Below, piece after piece: positions 24,601 through 38,992 of a stretch of DNA of 64,000 bases. Every line of letters begins with the position of its first letter. Within the stretch, counting starts at the first letter, position 1. The DNA comes from Octopus sinensis (Eukaryota). The stretch is from the NCBI RefSeq assembly GCF_006345805.1, contig NC_042997.1, positions 44,640,001 to 44,704,000 on the forward strand, read 5' to 3'. A program made the translations under genes and the position numbers. The notes beneath the pieces were generated by a model. The model made no database searches. It saw only the letters and a program-made list of their open reading frames with translations, and was not told the origin of the DNA.

Positions 24601-27600
24601 CTTGATCCTTCTTTATCCAGCTACCATTTTTCATATCCATCACATGTCTGTATCAGCTGTTTTTTCTGTCTTGTACGCAGCAGATGATGTCTCCAATGCT
24701 GACCTTTTCCTCTTATTGCACTCCCTCGTTTTTGCACACTAACATTACATTCTTAATGGAACATCATCATCATCATCATCATCATCATCGTTTAACGTCT
24801 GCTTTCCATGCTAGCATGGGTTGGACGGTTCAACTGGGGTCTGGCGAGCCCGAAGGCTGCACCAGGCCAGTCAGATCTGGCAGTGTTTCTACAGCTGGAT
24901 GCCCTTCCTAACGCCAACCACTCCGAGAGTGTAGTGGGTGATTTTATGTGCCACCGACACAGGTGCCAGACGAGGCTGGCAGACGGCCACGCTCGGATGG
25001 TGTTTTTTATGTGCCACCAACACAGGTGCCAGACGAGGCTGGCGAATGGCCACGCTCGGATGGTGTTTTTTATGTGCCACCAACACAGGTGCCAGACGAG
25101 GCTGGCGAACGGCCACGATCGGATGGTGTTTGTTACGTGCCCACAGCACGGAGGCCAGTCGATACTTGTCACATTTCTTTCTAGTTCTTGTGCTTAACAT
25201 TTAGTCCATGTCTTGGTACTCTGTAGTCTTATGTGCAGGCAACATGCAATTTGCCTTTCACTCAAAGAGGAAAATCCCTTTTTTTGCCAGCTGAGGTATT
25301 AACTTTACTGTGACTGCTATGCTCTCGCAACACTTAATTCCACAATGGGTCAAGTCGCCTGGTCAAACTGGAGCAGTTAATGATTTACGAGGATGTGCTG
25401 AAAAGTTCCTGATTTTAAGGGTTTCATGAAAGACCTTCCAAGTTCTTTTACAAGGCTTAGAAAAACTGAAGAATCACTGCAATAAGTGTGTGAATCTGAG
25501 AGGAGAATATACCCTCTCTTTTCTTTTCTCTCTCTTTTACTTGTTTCAGTCATTTGACTGCGGCCATGCTGGAGCACCGCCTTTAATCGAGCAACTCAAC
25601 CCCAGGACTTATTCTTTTGTAAGCCCAGTACTTATTCTATCGGTCTCTTTTGCCGAACCGCTAAGTAACGGGGACATAAACACTCCAGCATCGGTTGTCA
25701 AGCAATGCTAGGGGGACAAACACAGACACACAAACACACACACGCATATATATATATATATACATATATACGACGGGATTCTTTCAGTTTCCGTCTACCA
25801 AATCCACTCACAAGGCTTTGGTTGGCCCGGGGCTATAGCAGAAGACACTTGCCCAAGATGCCACACAGTGGGACTGAACCCGAAACCATGTGGTTGGTAA
25901 GCAAGCTACTTACCACACAGCCACTCCTGCGCCTATGTTGAATACAATATGTTGAATGCAATCATAATTAACTGATCCTTCTGTATTTTCTTTTACCCAA
26001 AGCCAGAAATTTTTCAGTACCCACCTTGTACAGCTAACCTGTGCTCCTCAAAGGTTGCATTTCATGGGTAGTCTTACTGCTAATTACTTCTTCTGTGTAT
26101 CTGCTACATACAAAATCCTTCTTTGTCACACTGCCTGTAGTCCTATTGCCTCGTTTGTGTGCTCATCGATTGAAGCACACAGTACAAAAGTCTTTCTTAC
26201 ATCCTTTATACATTAAAGTTTGGTATCTTTTTCTGCTGAGTAAAACTTCTTTCTTTGCGAGGTTAGACCTTTTAATTATAGACCCTACTTCCTTATTTGG
26301 AACTTTCCTTGAAATTCTTTGACTGATTTCCTTATGACTAATTTTCTTTGATTTCCCTATTGGCTTACACACATTCAAATGGATAGTTCATTTTTAATTG
26401 TTTAATTATGATAAACAGGATGGGCCTGTAAACCAAGTTCTGATGGATACCTACCATCAGTACACTGAATTAACCCTTTAGCATTTAAACCGGCCATATC
26501 CGGCCAAAAGTATTCTGCCTGTTTTATGTTCAAAATGGCCAGATCTGGTCTTTCACACCAACCCTACAAAATCGTTTTAAAAATTAACAGCTACCTCATC
26601 AAAATCTCATAGCTACAAGGTAATGCATGATTAATTCAAAACAATTTGGATAAAAAAGCATTAATTTTGGCAGAATAATGCAAACACTAAAGGGTGAATC
26701 ACTGAGCTTGTTACTAACTCCCACTTTATGAATAGCACCTATGTATAGCTTGTACTGCTCTATTAAGCTTTCCAGGTATATTGTGCTTTTACCAGACAAA
26801 ACAGCATGATTCATTGTCAAAAATCTTCATTGTGTCAACGAATGCTGTGTTTACTGGTGTGTTCCTAACTGTTATAGTTTTCTCAATAAAAAGCATATGT
26901 TGGTGGTTTGCTGTTATAGGTCAAACCCAAACTGCAAATCACCTTGATAAACTACTCTGCCACTTTTATGACTTGGTCCATGTTGTAGGGAATTAGTAAT
27001 AATGCTACACTCTCACACATGACGAATGCAATGACATAGTCACTATAAATAAAAAGAAGTACATGAAGTACCGGAGTATATAGTAGGCGGTCAGAGATAG
27101 TTGTGTCTTTACTGGTTTTACTAAGTATATTAGTATATTGTATACCGAAGTGGCATTATAACAATCCAACATTTTAAGGATTATAACAGTAGCGACGAGG
27201 ATTTAAACAACTCATGAGGGATTAATAAACTCGACAAGGATAAACCAATTCATGTGAATTCAGTAGAAACTCGAAGAGAATTTAAGCAACTCACGAAGAA
27301 TTAATAAACTCACAAAAGTTTTTGTTGTGTGAATTTTACGAAAAAAAATCTTAAAGTTATGGAAAATTTGTAGGCCAGTTTGCTTGGTTTGCAAAAACAG
27401 CGACTGAATCAACAACAACAACAGCAGCAGCTACAACTGCAAGAACAACAAGTGAATCAACGTCAACAACAGCAGATGCAACTGCAAGAGCAACAACAGC
27501 AACAAATAGTATTACAGCAACAAATGCTGCAATTACTGAAGTCTTCAGGAAAGTCAGAAAAAGTGTTCTCGCCAGACTATGTTGCGAACTCCATAACAGA

Positions 27601-28357
27601 GGTCAAATATGAACCTGTCGAAGGAGTTATCTTTAAAGCATACAACAGAAGATATGAGAAAATCTTCAAGAAAGAATTTAAAGATTGAGACCATGAGATG
27701 AAAACGTGCTTAATCTTAAGAAAACTTGCAGCAGCAGAACATGAGTGTTACAGCAATTATATACTTCCAAGAAAACCTCCTGACACAATAGATATACTGT
27801 GTGACATTTTTAATGGAAAAAGCTCATTGTTCAATATATGCTAGAAGTTTCTGAACATAGAGAGAAAAACAACGACAAGGACTACATCACATCATATGCT
27901 GGTATAGTTTATAGGGAGGATGAATTAATGCCAGATATATTCAAATGCCTGGTTTTTACACAGGGTCTAACTGCAGAAAAAGACACAGAAGTTAGAACTA
28001 GAATTCTTGCTAAGCTGGAACAAAACCAGGATGTAACCCTACAGCAAGTATCAGAAAAATGTGAAAGGATAGTCAAATTAAGACATGACACAGAGGAAAT
28101 TGAATGGAAAGATTATTTCCAAGTAAAACAAGTGCGAAATAGTCAGAATAGAGATAAGGTGTTTTCTGTAAAACAAGACAAAAATCAGGAAATAAACCTA
28201 TGTTTTGCATGTGGAGGTATACACCTGAAGAAAAATTGTCTAGTTAAAAAAATGGAGTGCTTTAATTGTGTTAATATAGGATATATAAAGATACAGTGTA
28301 GAATGATGACGCAACGTCAGGACAAAGGAAAAAGAATAAATAATGTCATCGGAAGAA

Positions 28358-31300
28358 ATCTTTATATATAAAAGTGAAGTTGTGTGCTGTCTGTCTCCTA
28401 CGATTTAGATTCCTAACTACTCCCACATTTTGCGGTGCAGTTTAACCAAAACCGGGTATCTTATAGTCGTGATTCATATCGAGCCCTTCTGGGTATTAGC
28501 GCATGTCTACGATGAGTCAACGATTTAAAAAAAAATTTACCATCATTTTTTTCCATTTTAATGCATTTTTTCGCTATTATATAAGGGAAGTAACTCTCTA
28601 AAAATGTCTACGATGAGTCAACGATTTAAAAAAAAATTTACCATCATTTTTATTCCATTTTTAATGCATTTTTTTGCTATTTTTTGGCTATAACTCTCTA
28701 AAAAAGCTTCATCATCATCATCATCATCATCATTTAACGTCCGCTTTCCATGCTAGCATGGGTTGGACGGTTCAACTGGGGTCTGGGGAGCCCGAAAGCT
28801 GCACCAGTCCAGTCAGATCTGGCAGTGTTTCTACAGCTGGATGCCCTTCCTAACGCCAACCACTCCGAGAGTGTAGTGGGTGATTTTATGTGCCACCGAC
28901 ACAGGTGCCAGACGAGGCTGGCAAAACGGCCACGCTCGGATGGTGTTTTTATGTGCCACCGACACAGGTGCCAGACGAGGCTGGCAGACGGCCACGCTCG
29001 GATGGTGTTTTTATGTGCCACCGACACAGCTGCCAGATGAGGCTGGCAAAACGGCCACGATCGGATGGTGCTTGTTACGTGCCCACAGCACGGAGGCCAG
29101 TCGATGCGGTACTGGCTACGGCCACGTTCGGATGGTTTTCTTGTGTGCCACGTGCCACCGGCACTGGTACCACAAGGATACAAATTCCATTGATGTTCAT
29201 CTATTTTGATTTGTTTTGATTGATTTTCACTTGCCTCAACAGGTCTTCACAAGTGTCACAAGAAGGAAGGTATGCACAGGTGGACTGACTACGTCCCAGG
29301 TAGGGGCCATGGGTTATGGCCTGACTAGTCTTGCCGGGTCTTCGGATGGTGTTTTTATGTGCCACCGACACAGGTGCTAGATGAGGCTGGCGGACGGCCA
29401 CGATCGGATGGGGTTTGTCATGTGCCCACCGCACTGACTACAGCACTGATGGATTTCTTGTGTGCCACAGGCACTGGTACCACAAGATACAAATTCCATT
29501 GATGTTCATCTATTTGTCTATTTTGATTTGATTTGATTTGATTTGATTTTCACTTGCCTCAACCGGTCTTCACAGGTGTCACAAGAGGAAGGTATGCACA
29601 GGTGGACTGACTAGTCTTGCCGGGTCTTCGGAAGGTGTTTTTATGTGCCACCGACACAGGTGCCAGATGAGGCTGGCGAACGGCCATGATCAGATGGTGT
29701 TTGTTACGTGCCCACAGCACGGAGGCCGGTCGATGCGGAACTGGCTACGGCCACGTTCGGATGGTTCTCTTGTGTGCCACCGGCACTGGTACCACAAAGT
29801 GTGTGCCACCGGCACTGGTACCACAAAGTGTGTGCCACCGGCACTGGTACCACAAAGATACAGATTCCATTGATGTTCATCTATTTTGATTTGTTTTGAT
29901 TTTGATTTTGATTTTCACTTGCCTCAACAAGTGTCACAAGAAGGAAGGTATGCACAGGTGGACTGACTACGTCCCAGGTAGGGGCCATGGGTTATGGCCT
30001 GACTAGTCTTGCCGGGTCTTCGGATGGTGTTTTTATGTGCCACCGACACAGGTGCTAGATGAGGCTGGCGAACGGCCACGATCGGATGGTGTTTGTCATG
30101 TGCCCACAGCACGGAGGCCAGTCGATGCGGTACTGGCTACGGCCACTTTCGGATGGTTTTCTCTTGTGTGCCACCGGCACTGGTACCACAAAGATACAAA
30201 TTCCATTGATGTTCATCTATTTTGATTTGTTTTGATTTTCACTTGCCTCAACAGGTCTTCACAAGTGTCGCAAGAAGGAAGGTATGTACAGGTGGACTGA
30301 CTACATCCCAGGTAGGGCCCACGGGTTATGACCTGACTAGTCTTGCCGGGTCTTTGGATGGTGTTTTTATGTGCCACCATGTTCCCACATCACGGAGGCG
30401 AGTCGACGCGGTACTGGCTACGGCCACGTTCGGATGGTTTTCTTGTGTGCCACAGGCACTGGTACCACAAAGATACAAATTCCATTGATGTTCATCTATT
30501 TTGATTGATTTTCACTTGCCTCAGCAGGTCTTCACAAGTGTCACAAGAAGGAAGGTATGCACAGGTGGATCGACTACGTCCCAGGTAGGGGCCACGGGAT
30601 ATGGCCTGACTAGTCCTGCCGGGTCCTCTCATGCACAGCACACTTCCATAGGACTCGGTCTTCAGTCATTTCCTTGGTGAGACCTAAAGTTCGAAGGTCG
30701 TGCTTCACCACCTCGTCCCAGGTTTTCCTGGGTCTACCTCTTCCACAGGTTCCCTCAACTGCTAGGGTGTAGCACTTTTGCACACAACTATCTTCAGCCA
30801 TTCTTGTCACATGACCATACCAGCGCAGCCGTCTCTCTTGCACACCACAACTGACACTTCTTAGGTTCAACTTTTCTCTCAAAGTACTTACACTCTGACG
30901 ATTATGAACACTGACATTACACATCCATCGGAGCATACTGGCTTCATTTCTTGCAAGCTTACGCATATCCTCAGCTGTCACGGCCCATGTTTCACTACCA
31001 TGTAGCATGGCTGTACGTACACACGCATCATATAGTCTGCCTTTTACTCTTAGCGAGAGGCCTTTTGTCACCAGCAGGGGTAAGAGCTCTCTAAACTTTG
31101 CCCAGGCTATTCTTACTCTAGCAGTTACACTTTCAGCACACCCACCCCCGCTACTGACTTGGTCTCCTAGGTAGCGGAAGCTATCAACTACTTCTAGTTT
31201 GTCTCCCTGGAACGTGGTAGAAGTTGGTCTCTGCACATTTCCAGTGTTTATTTCTCTTGAGCATCTGCCACAGACAAAAACTATTTTCTTAGTTAGCCTT

Positions 31301-31662
31301 CCTTTGACATTGCTGCACCTCTTATGTGTCCATAGCTTACACTTGGTGCACCTTATAGAGTTTCTACCTACACCTTTTTTACAGATCGAGCAGGGCCATC
31401 TACCTGAAGTCGTTTGTGGTTGGTCCACCTTCCTACTTATTAGGACTTTGGTTTTGGCTAGGTTGATTCTAAGGCCCTTAGATTCTAATCCTTGTTTCCA
31501 CACCTGAAACTTCTCCTCCAGTTCTGATAGTGACTCAGCAATTAGAGCAAGGTCATCAGCATATAGGAGCTCCCAGGGGCATCCTGTCTTAAATTCTTCC
31601 GTTATTGCCTATATAGTTATTTCCCTTACAAACCCGAGCAACGCCGGGCGATACTGCTAGTT
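28358..31662 (-). mobile_element. Helentron/HINE-like non-autonomous element, split by the RTE insertion at 28710-31609
   Basis: 28358-28709 plus 31610-31662 reconstitute the reverse complement of the element at 12981-13373. Confidence 0.8.
28710..31609 (-). mobile_element. 5'-truncated RTE-clade LINE with PHD finger in the RT and a tandemly amplified 3' UTR
   Basis: ORF 30610-31503 (YADDL upstream, FRYLGD, MLHGSETW, RLRWYGHV, GRGRPRKTW); (GAT)n tail at 28710; five ~300-bp 3' UTR units. Confidence 0.92.
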
Positions 31663-33545
31663 GGTAATATAATGATGAGGGTATTGATAAAGGGGAAAAT
31701 CAGAATTACAAGTGTTAAAATGCAATTGAACTTTGGTAATGATATTACCATTATAAATGAAAAGAAGCGTGGAAATATGTCATTTAGCTGAAATTAATTA
31801 AATCTAAAAAGGTAGTACTTGGTGTTACAGGAAAAAGATTATATTTTATCAGTGACATTTCGAGGTCAAACTACAAAGGCAAAGATATGTATGTGTTAAG
31901 AAAGCACATTTATTCTGTTCAGCTGTGGATGGGACTATTCAGAGTATGGAGTACACCCATAAGTGTTTTGTGTGGAAATAGAGTTGGTTCAGTCGAAGGT
32001 TCGAACACAGCTGAGGAAACTGAAACAAAAAATTGCAGTAGACAGAGTAGAACTGCTGTATGTAAGCCAAAGTGAAATGAAAAATTGCCCATAATAAAAA
32101 GTAAACATTGTTTAAAAGTAAATGTTCCGTGGTTGAGACTACACATCGATTTTACTAGTCTTTTAAATAGTTCTTGCTACTTAGTGGTAGTTGATAGTTT
32201 TGCGAAATGGCCTGAAATTTGTAAGTGTAAAAAAACCAACCTCCTCAACTGTGATAAATTTTTTACATGAATTGTTTGCAAGATTTGGCATCCCAGACAA
32301 GATAATGTCTGACAATGGAACGTAATTTTGTGTCTAGTGAATTTGAGAAAAAATGGTGAAGTGTTCGCAGTAGAACATGTAACTATGTCACCATACCATC
32401 CCAGATCTAATGAACAGGCAGAACGCATTGTTGATACCTTCAAAAGTGCCCTTAGAAAATCGAATAAGGAAGTAACTCTACAACAATTTTTAAGAGTGTT
32501 CCGTATGATATGAAATCCGAATACACCAGCAGGTAGCTCACCAATGGAGCTGATGTTTGCAAGGAAAGTTAAAATCAATCTTTGATAAATTGCGACCTGG
32601 CAAGAAAAGAAAAAGTGTCAGGGAAGACATAGCAAGATTCTTTAAAGTTGGTGCAAAAGGTGTATATGAGGGCATGCAAGAATGGAAAGCAGAGTTGGGA
32701 AGATGGCGTAATTACCAAATAAATGCTTTGGTAAAATGATGGTATACAAAAGAGACACAAGAACCAACTGGAAAAGAGATTCGTGGAAAGCAAACCAAAG
32801 AGGTTGAAGGAACTGATGGAATGGTTGTACGATGCAGTCCAAGTACCTATGCCTCTTGCAGGTGATTGAACCCATGCGTACAAGTGAGAGGAAAAGAAAA
32901 CGGAGAGAGTTCCTGAAAATAGATGCCAAGTGCAAAAAATATTAAATTGCACGAAAAAAAAACCCACTTAAAAAAGGGAGGTGGGGTGGATAAAAAAGAA
33001 ATTATTGCTAAATAAAATGACACTTCCTAAGAAAAACTTAATAGGGAAGATGTTAGAGGGAATTAGTAATTAATGGTACACTCCTCACACATGACAAATG
33101 GAATAACATAGTCACTATAAGTAAAGAGAAGTAAGTGAAGTAGCGGAGTACGTAGTAGGCAGTCAGAGATAGTCTTTACTGGTTTTACTAAGTATACTGC
33201 ATACCAAGGTGACGTTATAACAATCCAACATTTGACAGTCCATCATCTTTAATACCTCTGTAATTCTTTTCCCTGCATCAGTTGATGCTGCTATGACATC
33301 CATTTGTGATAAAACTTTTCTACTCTGATTATGTACTAACTTTTTGTTGATTGTGTCCTGAGTCACACTGTTTTTCAATTTGAAACACATCTTGCCTGTG
33401 CTGTGGTCCTTACGATGTAAAATATTAACTAGCCTTTTTACTTTCAGCTTCCCTCTTTGCTAAATATGCCTTAGCTGATATCATTACTAGTGTTATAAAA
33501 AAAAAAAAAAAAGGTAGTTGCTCACTTATAAATTATAAACAAATA

Positions 33546-33869
33546 CCGTATTTGACGGCATATAGGACGCACTTTTTTCCAAAAAATTTGGCTCAAAAAA
33601 TCGCCCTGCGTCTAATATGCGAAGTCAAGACCCTCCCGTAGGCTAATCTTCTCCCAGACGCTCACTAACCTAGCTTTTCTGGTTAAAAAGATGATTAAAG
33701 ATGATTACTATTGTAATTTGTATGCTTGCTTTTATACAGCAATGTTTTCTGCTTTTGTAATGTGCTGCTAGACTGCTTTCAACAATATATGCTTAAATAC
33801 ACTTAAAACTTTTTTCCCTGAATTTGACCTGCTGAAATGAGGGTGCGTCTAATATGCCGTCAAATACGG
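33546..33869. mobile_element. Tc1/mariner-type MITE
   Basis: TIR CCGTATTTGACGGCATAT(A/T)(G/A)GACGCAC at both ends, flanked by TA. Confidence 0.8.
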
Positions 33870-34065
33870 TATCTAAATGTGCAAAATTATTTCTTGTAAT
33901 GCAGTCACAGAAAAACACATTTCAAATCATCCTCCAGAACGAAAGTAAAACTGTTCCTTTATTAAAGAGCAGCTTATTTAAAGATTGTTGGGCATGTGTC
34001 ACTATTTTGTTTACTCTACCTTATTTTGTCTTTTATTCATTTTTGTTTTTCCCCTTTTGTCTCAG

Positions 34066-34209
34066 GCCAATGAACTGTTGTTGGGTCGGCGGAAAGTAAC
34101 AGCAACTGAGGCTCATCAGCTGGGTTTAATCTCTCAAGTCTTTTGGCCTACGTCTCTCATGCAAGAGGTCATACCTCGAATTCAGACTATGGCTAATTCT
34201 TCAGCAAAG
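34066..34209 (+). CDS. CDYL: CDYL-like exon (ANELLLGRRKVTATEAHQLGLISQVFWPTSLMQEVIPRIQTMANSSAK)
   Basis: ttttgtctcAG acceptor, AAG|GTGATT donor, 144 nt, phase 0/0. Matches CDYL 'ANEMLLSGRKLTAQEACGKGLVSQVFWP'. Confidence 0.95.
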
Positions 34210-35454
34210 GTGATTTTTTTTTTTGCTATTTTCTATTTTCTCACAAAATAACATACAATAGTTTTTTAAGTTGCTGTTCGATAAAAAATATAATGCTAAT
34301 TTATCAAGTGAGGGGGAATACTTATTTGTAAAATATACTTGGTTTATAAAGTGTATGTGTGGACATGGTTGTGTTGTAAAGAAGTTCTCTCATACACATG
34401 GTTCTTGGTTCAGTTCCACAGAAGAGTGCCTCAGGCAAACATCTTCTATAACCTTGTGCCAACTAAATGCCTTGTGAATGGATTTGGTAGATGGAAACAT
34501 TTGTAGAAGTTTGTCATGTCAGAGAACGTGTGTGTGTGTGTGAATATTAGCATACCATCGTTTCATTTGAGCAAAATGGTTATGTTGTTTACATGGACTG
34601 TTGCCATTACAACTGGGTGCTCTTGAAAAACAAATGAGAATTAGCAACAAGAAAAGTGTCTCACTGTAAAGTCCTGCCTCAAATAAGTCTTTGTTTAGTC
34701 CATGCTAGTATGAGAAAAACATGTTAACCCTTTAGTGTTCAAACCGGCCATATCCGGCCCAATATATTCAACATGTTTTATATTTGAACTAGCCATATCT
34801 GGCCTCTCACACCTACCCTACAATGTCATTCTAAAAATAAATAATCACATCACGGAAACCTCAAAGCTGTGAGATAATGCATGATTAATTCAAAACAATT
34901 TGAGTGAAAAAGTATTACATTCAACAGAGTAATCTGAATGCTAAAGGGTTAAATGAACAAATGAAAGAATTTGTATGCATGTGTGTTTATATTTATACAC
35001 ATACACACCATAATTTAAGTCTGTCTTCTATGCAAGCATTGTTAGGTTTCACTGGATCTTACAAACTGGAGGACAGTGGTGAGCTCCAATGCTTGTTTTG
35101 GCATGATTTCTATGGCTAGTTGCCCTTCCTAATGCCAACCACCTTGTAGAATGAATGACAAAAGAACAGAAGCTAACATCTTTATTAGCATACAGCTGGT
35201 TCTGCTATAAGAAGCAGAACACTCAGAGCTGAGGGATTGTGCAAAATCCAAGTTCCCATGAAGCCATTTAAATAGCTTATAGCAGAAACAGGTGTAAGCT
35301 AATGAAAGGGTCTACATAACACCTGTTCTCTTGTTGTACGTTAATTGATATTTTGCTCAGTACTCACCTGAAGCTTTACTCTAAAGCACATGTATATTGA
35401 GTTATAATAATTGGTTATTAGTATTGTTATCCCCAAGTGAAATTATAAAATGCA

Positions 35455-35490
<36 letters not shown>

Positions 35491-35685
35491 GCATTGTGAA
35501 ATAGTAATGAAAGCCACTACATTGCAAGTTTCAGAATAAAGGAAGGTAAACAAATTCTACACCAAAGCAGCCCAAGGACAATGGTTAATATTTTTACCTT
35601 ATATTTTAATACTTTGGGTGTAAAATTCTCTTATCAAGAAAATAGTCCAACCAGCTTATTCTGTCTGTGCAGATCAAAATAACTA

Positions 35686-35856
35686 ACTAGCTATTTTTCA
35701 AATGTTAACATTGTTGTCAATAGACAGATTAAGTATATTAATCATGATAGCTTCTTTAGTCCCTAGATTTCCAATATTTCTTTTTAGGGTCTAATTAGTA
35801 ATTTTGATATCCTTGTATGATGTCTTTCCTGATGTATATACTAAGCCTGGGGTTTT
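35686..35856 (+). repeat. Inverted repeat arm 1 (arm 2 at 39205-39375)
   Basis: About 165 bp identical in reverse complement by eye, with one mismatch near the inner end. Confidence 0.9.
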
Positions 35857-38411
35857 AGTATAAACGTGCTCATGTGTGTGTCTGTGCATATGTATATGCA
35901 TGTGATAGCTCTTTCCTTTTGAAGATGTATAAAAAATCCCTACTTCTAAATTAGGTAAGTATTTGTGTCAGGAAGGGCATCTGGCTGTAACACAATAATA
36001 TGCATTCTTAATAATATATAAGCCCCAATAATATATATTCATGTAACTTATTCTAACGTTAAATAAACTGGCATAATGAATAAAAGGTGGGGCAGTTGGC
36101 TAATGCACCAGCATTGTTGTTATGTGTAGGTCAACTCCCAGGTAGGCATTTTTCAAAGAAATTCAGTGTGTGTAGCTTTATGTTTGAAGTGCAGCAGTTC
36201 TAAAATGAAAATTGTTGGATATGTGAACCTTCTTTAGGGTAAAGGACCAAAATCTTTTTATAGAAATAGAAAATCGAAAAACCTTTGAATATCTGTGCAG
36301 ATTTAGTGGATGTCTCATATTCATGCATATTATTATCAAACTGGTCTTTGGTCAAATGTTAGCAGCTTTTTGAACTTCTTGGTGTTGGTGCTTCCATCAT
36401 CTGCTTTGCTGCATCTGTTGTGTTGTCATCATTTAACATCCGCTTTTCCATACTTTCATGGATCAGATAGAATTTGTTGTGGCTGACTGCCCCTCTTGTT
36501 ACCAACCTTCACCTGTTTCCAAACAAGGTAGTATTTTCCCAAAGCTAGACATGTTTTTCATGGAAGACTGAAAATAACTTTGCTTATGTGATGGTGATAC
36601 TCTAAACATGGGTACACACAAACACATACTTACATACGCAAATATGCATGTGTGTATGTGTGTGTACATATATATAAATTTGATGAGCTTCTTTCAGTTC
36701 CTATCTACCAAATCCACTCAAAAATCAGCCCAGAATTATAATAGAAGACACCTGTCCAAGATGTAGCAGAACTGAACCCAAGACTCCATAGTTGGGAAGT
36801 AAGCTTCTTAACCGCACAGCTATGTCTGTTGTGTATACACAGTATGTCGACAAAATTGGGTTCAGTAGATAAGACTGATCTCTAATATGCAAACAGGCCC
36901 CTGGAGGCACTTCCCTGTAAAAATTGGTGTTACTCTTTTACTCTTTTACTTGTTTCAGTCATTTGACTGCGGCCATGCTGGAGCACCGCCTTTAATCGAG
37001 CAACTCGACCCCGCGAATTATTCTTTTGTAAGCCCAGTACTTATTCTATCAGTCTCTTTTGCCGAACCACTAAGTAACGGGGACATAAACACACCAGCAT
37101 CGGTTGTGAAGCAATGCTAAGGGGACAAACACAGACACACAAACACACACACGCATATATATAAATATATACATATATACGACAGGCTTCTTTCAGTTTC
37201 CGTCTACCAAATCCACTCACAAGGCTTTGGTCGGCCCGAGGCTATAGTAGAAGACACTTGCCCAAGGTGCCACGCAGTGGGACTGAACCTGGAACCATGT
37301 GGTTGGTAAACAAGCTACTTACCACACAGTTATTGGATTATTTCTTTGTGAACTTGAGTTGGTAATCAAGCAGAATGAGAGAATTCTGGTGTTACTCAGG
37401 TGTGTCATTTCAGAATCTTTAGTTGTGAACACACACACACACACACTAATTGAATTGCCTTCTCATGAGAAGATAGCAAAACAATGGCATCTAAATAGTT
37501 TGTGAAGTATTTTTTTAAGTCAAGAGAAAGCACTCTCCTAATGACCCTTGTTTCATCATCATCATCATCATCATCATTTAACGTCCGTTCTCCATGCTAG
37601 CATGGGTTGGACGGTTGGACAGTTGGACGGTTGGACCAGAAGGCTGCACCAGGCTCCGGTCTTATCTGGCAAAGTTTCTACAGCTGGATGCCCTTCCTAA
37701 CGCCAACCACTCCGAGAGTGTAGTGGGTGCTTTTTACGTGCCACCTGCACTGGTGCCAGGCGAGGCTGGCATCGGCCACGGTCGGATTGGTGCATTTTAT
37801 GTGCCACCTGCACGGAAGCCAGTCGAGGCGGCACTGGCTTTGGTTTATATGCATTTTTTAAAATTTCGAACTTCTGTAATGCTTACATTGATCACTTATT
37901 ATTGTTTATTTTTGAAAATCATTTATCATTGACTACTTCTCCGCACTCATTCCTCGTTCATGAAATTCTACCACCCAGCTCTACCCTATCTCTAACTAAC
38001 CCTCACTCTCCACATACACCCTTGCAACCTCTATCCACCCACTGTACCTGTTCTGTCCTGGCTCCCTTTTATTTACTTTCTTGTACCCTGTCACAGCTCA
38101 CCTTGATCGCATGCCCCCATTATCTTTAACTCTCTTTCCAGCTCCACCCCAATTCCTCTCTCGTACTCATGTATCTCTTCTGCATGTATGAGAAAGAAAA
38201 ACCCGAGTGATTATTCTACAAAAATAAGTATGTATAGGCACAAGAGTGGCTGTGTGGTAAGTAGCTTGCTAACCAACTACATGGTTCCGGGTTCAGTCCC
38301 ACTGCGTGGCATCTTGGGCAAGTGTCTTCTGCTATAGCCCCGGGCCGACCAATGCCTTGTGAGTGGATTTGGTAGACAGAAACTGAAAGAAGCCTGTCGT
38401 ATATATGTGTG

Positions 38412-38470
<59 letters not shown>

Positions 38471-38992
38471 CGTGTGTGTCTGTGTTTGTCCCCCTAGCAT
38501 TGCTTGACAACTGATGCTGGTGTGTTTACGTCCCCGTCACTTAGCGGTTCGGCAAAAGAGACCGATAGAATAAGTACTGGGCTTACAAAGAATAAGTCCC
38601 GGGGTCAATTTGCTCGACTAAAGGCGGTGCTCCAGCATGGCTGCAGTCAAATGACTGAAACAAGTAAAAGAGTAAAAGAGAGAGTATGTATCTGTGTGTA
38701 AGTATGTCCCCTTACACACAAGCACGTTCGTGAAAACACTCCCCTCCACTTTTCAGTATACCATGGGGTTTTTTTGGGGGTTTTTTTCCAAATAGAGTTT
38801 TATGTCTGGATGCCCTTCCTGGTGTCAACCCTTTTAATCACCATTTTACAACATGCAAGGACACGGTGTTCTTATTCTAAAGATTGCGATACAGATGGCT
38901 TGTTGATGTATATATACATTGCATACGCATGTGTCCCTGTTTACTCTTGTAAATTAATTTGTAAATCTGTTTATACGTGTATTTTTGCATGT

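Larger units (their letters stand above)
26981..33237 (+). mobile_element. Ty3/Gypsy (Mag-like) LTR retrotransposon, decayed; RT deleted; interrupted by a Helentron-like element and an RTE
   Basis: LTRs 26981-27188 and 33051-33237; exact 5-bp TSD GTCCA (26976-26980, 33238-33242); PBS TAGCGACGAGG after the 5' LTR. Gag with polyQ and CCHC (CFACGGIHLKKNC) at 27360-28350; protease remnant ~31670-31800; integrase remnants 32085-32600 (HIDF, VVVDSFAKWPE, PYHPRSNEQAERIVDTFK). Confidence 0.92.

Noticed and set aside
27380-27688. PolyQ ORF as a host gene
   Set aside because: It lies just after an LTR and PBS and continues into gag-like sequence of the Gypsy element.
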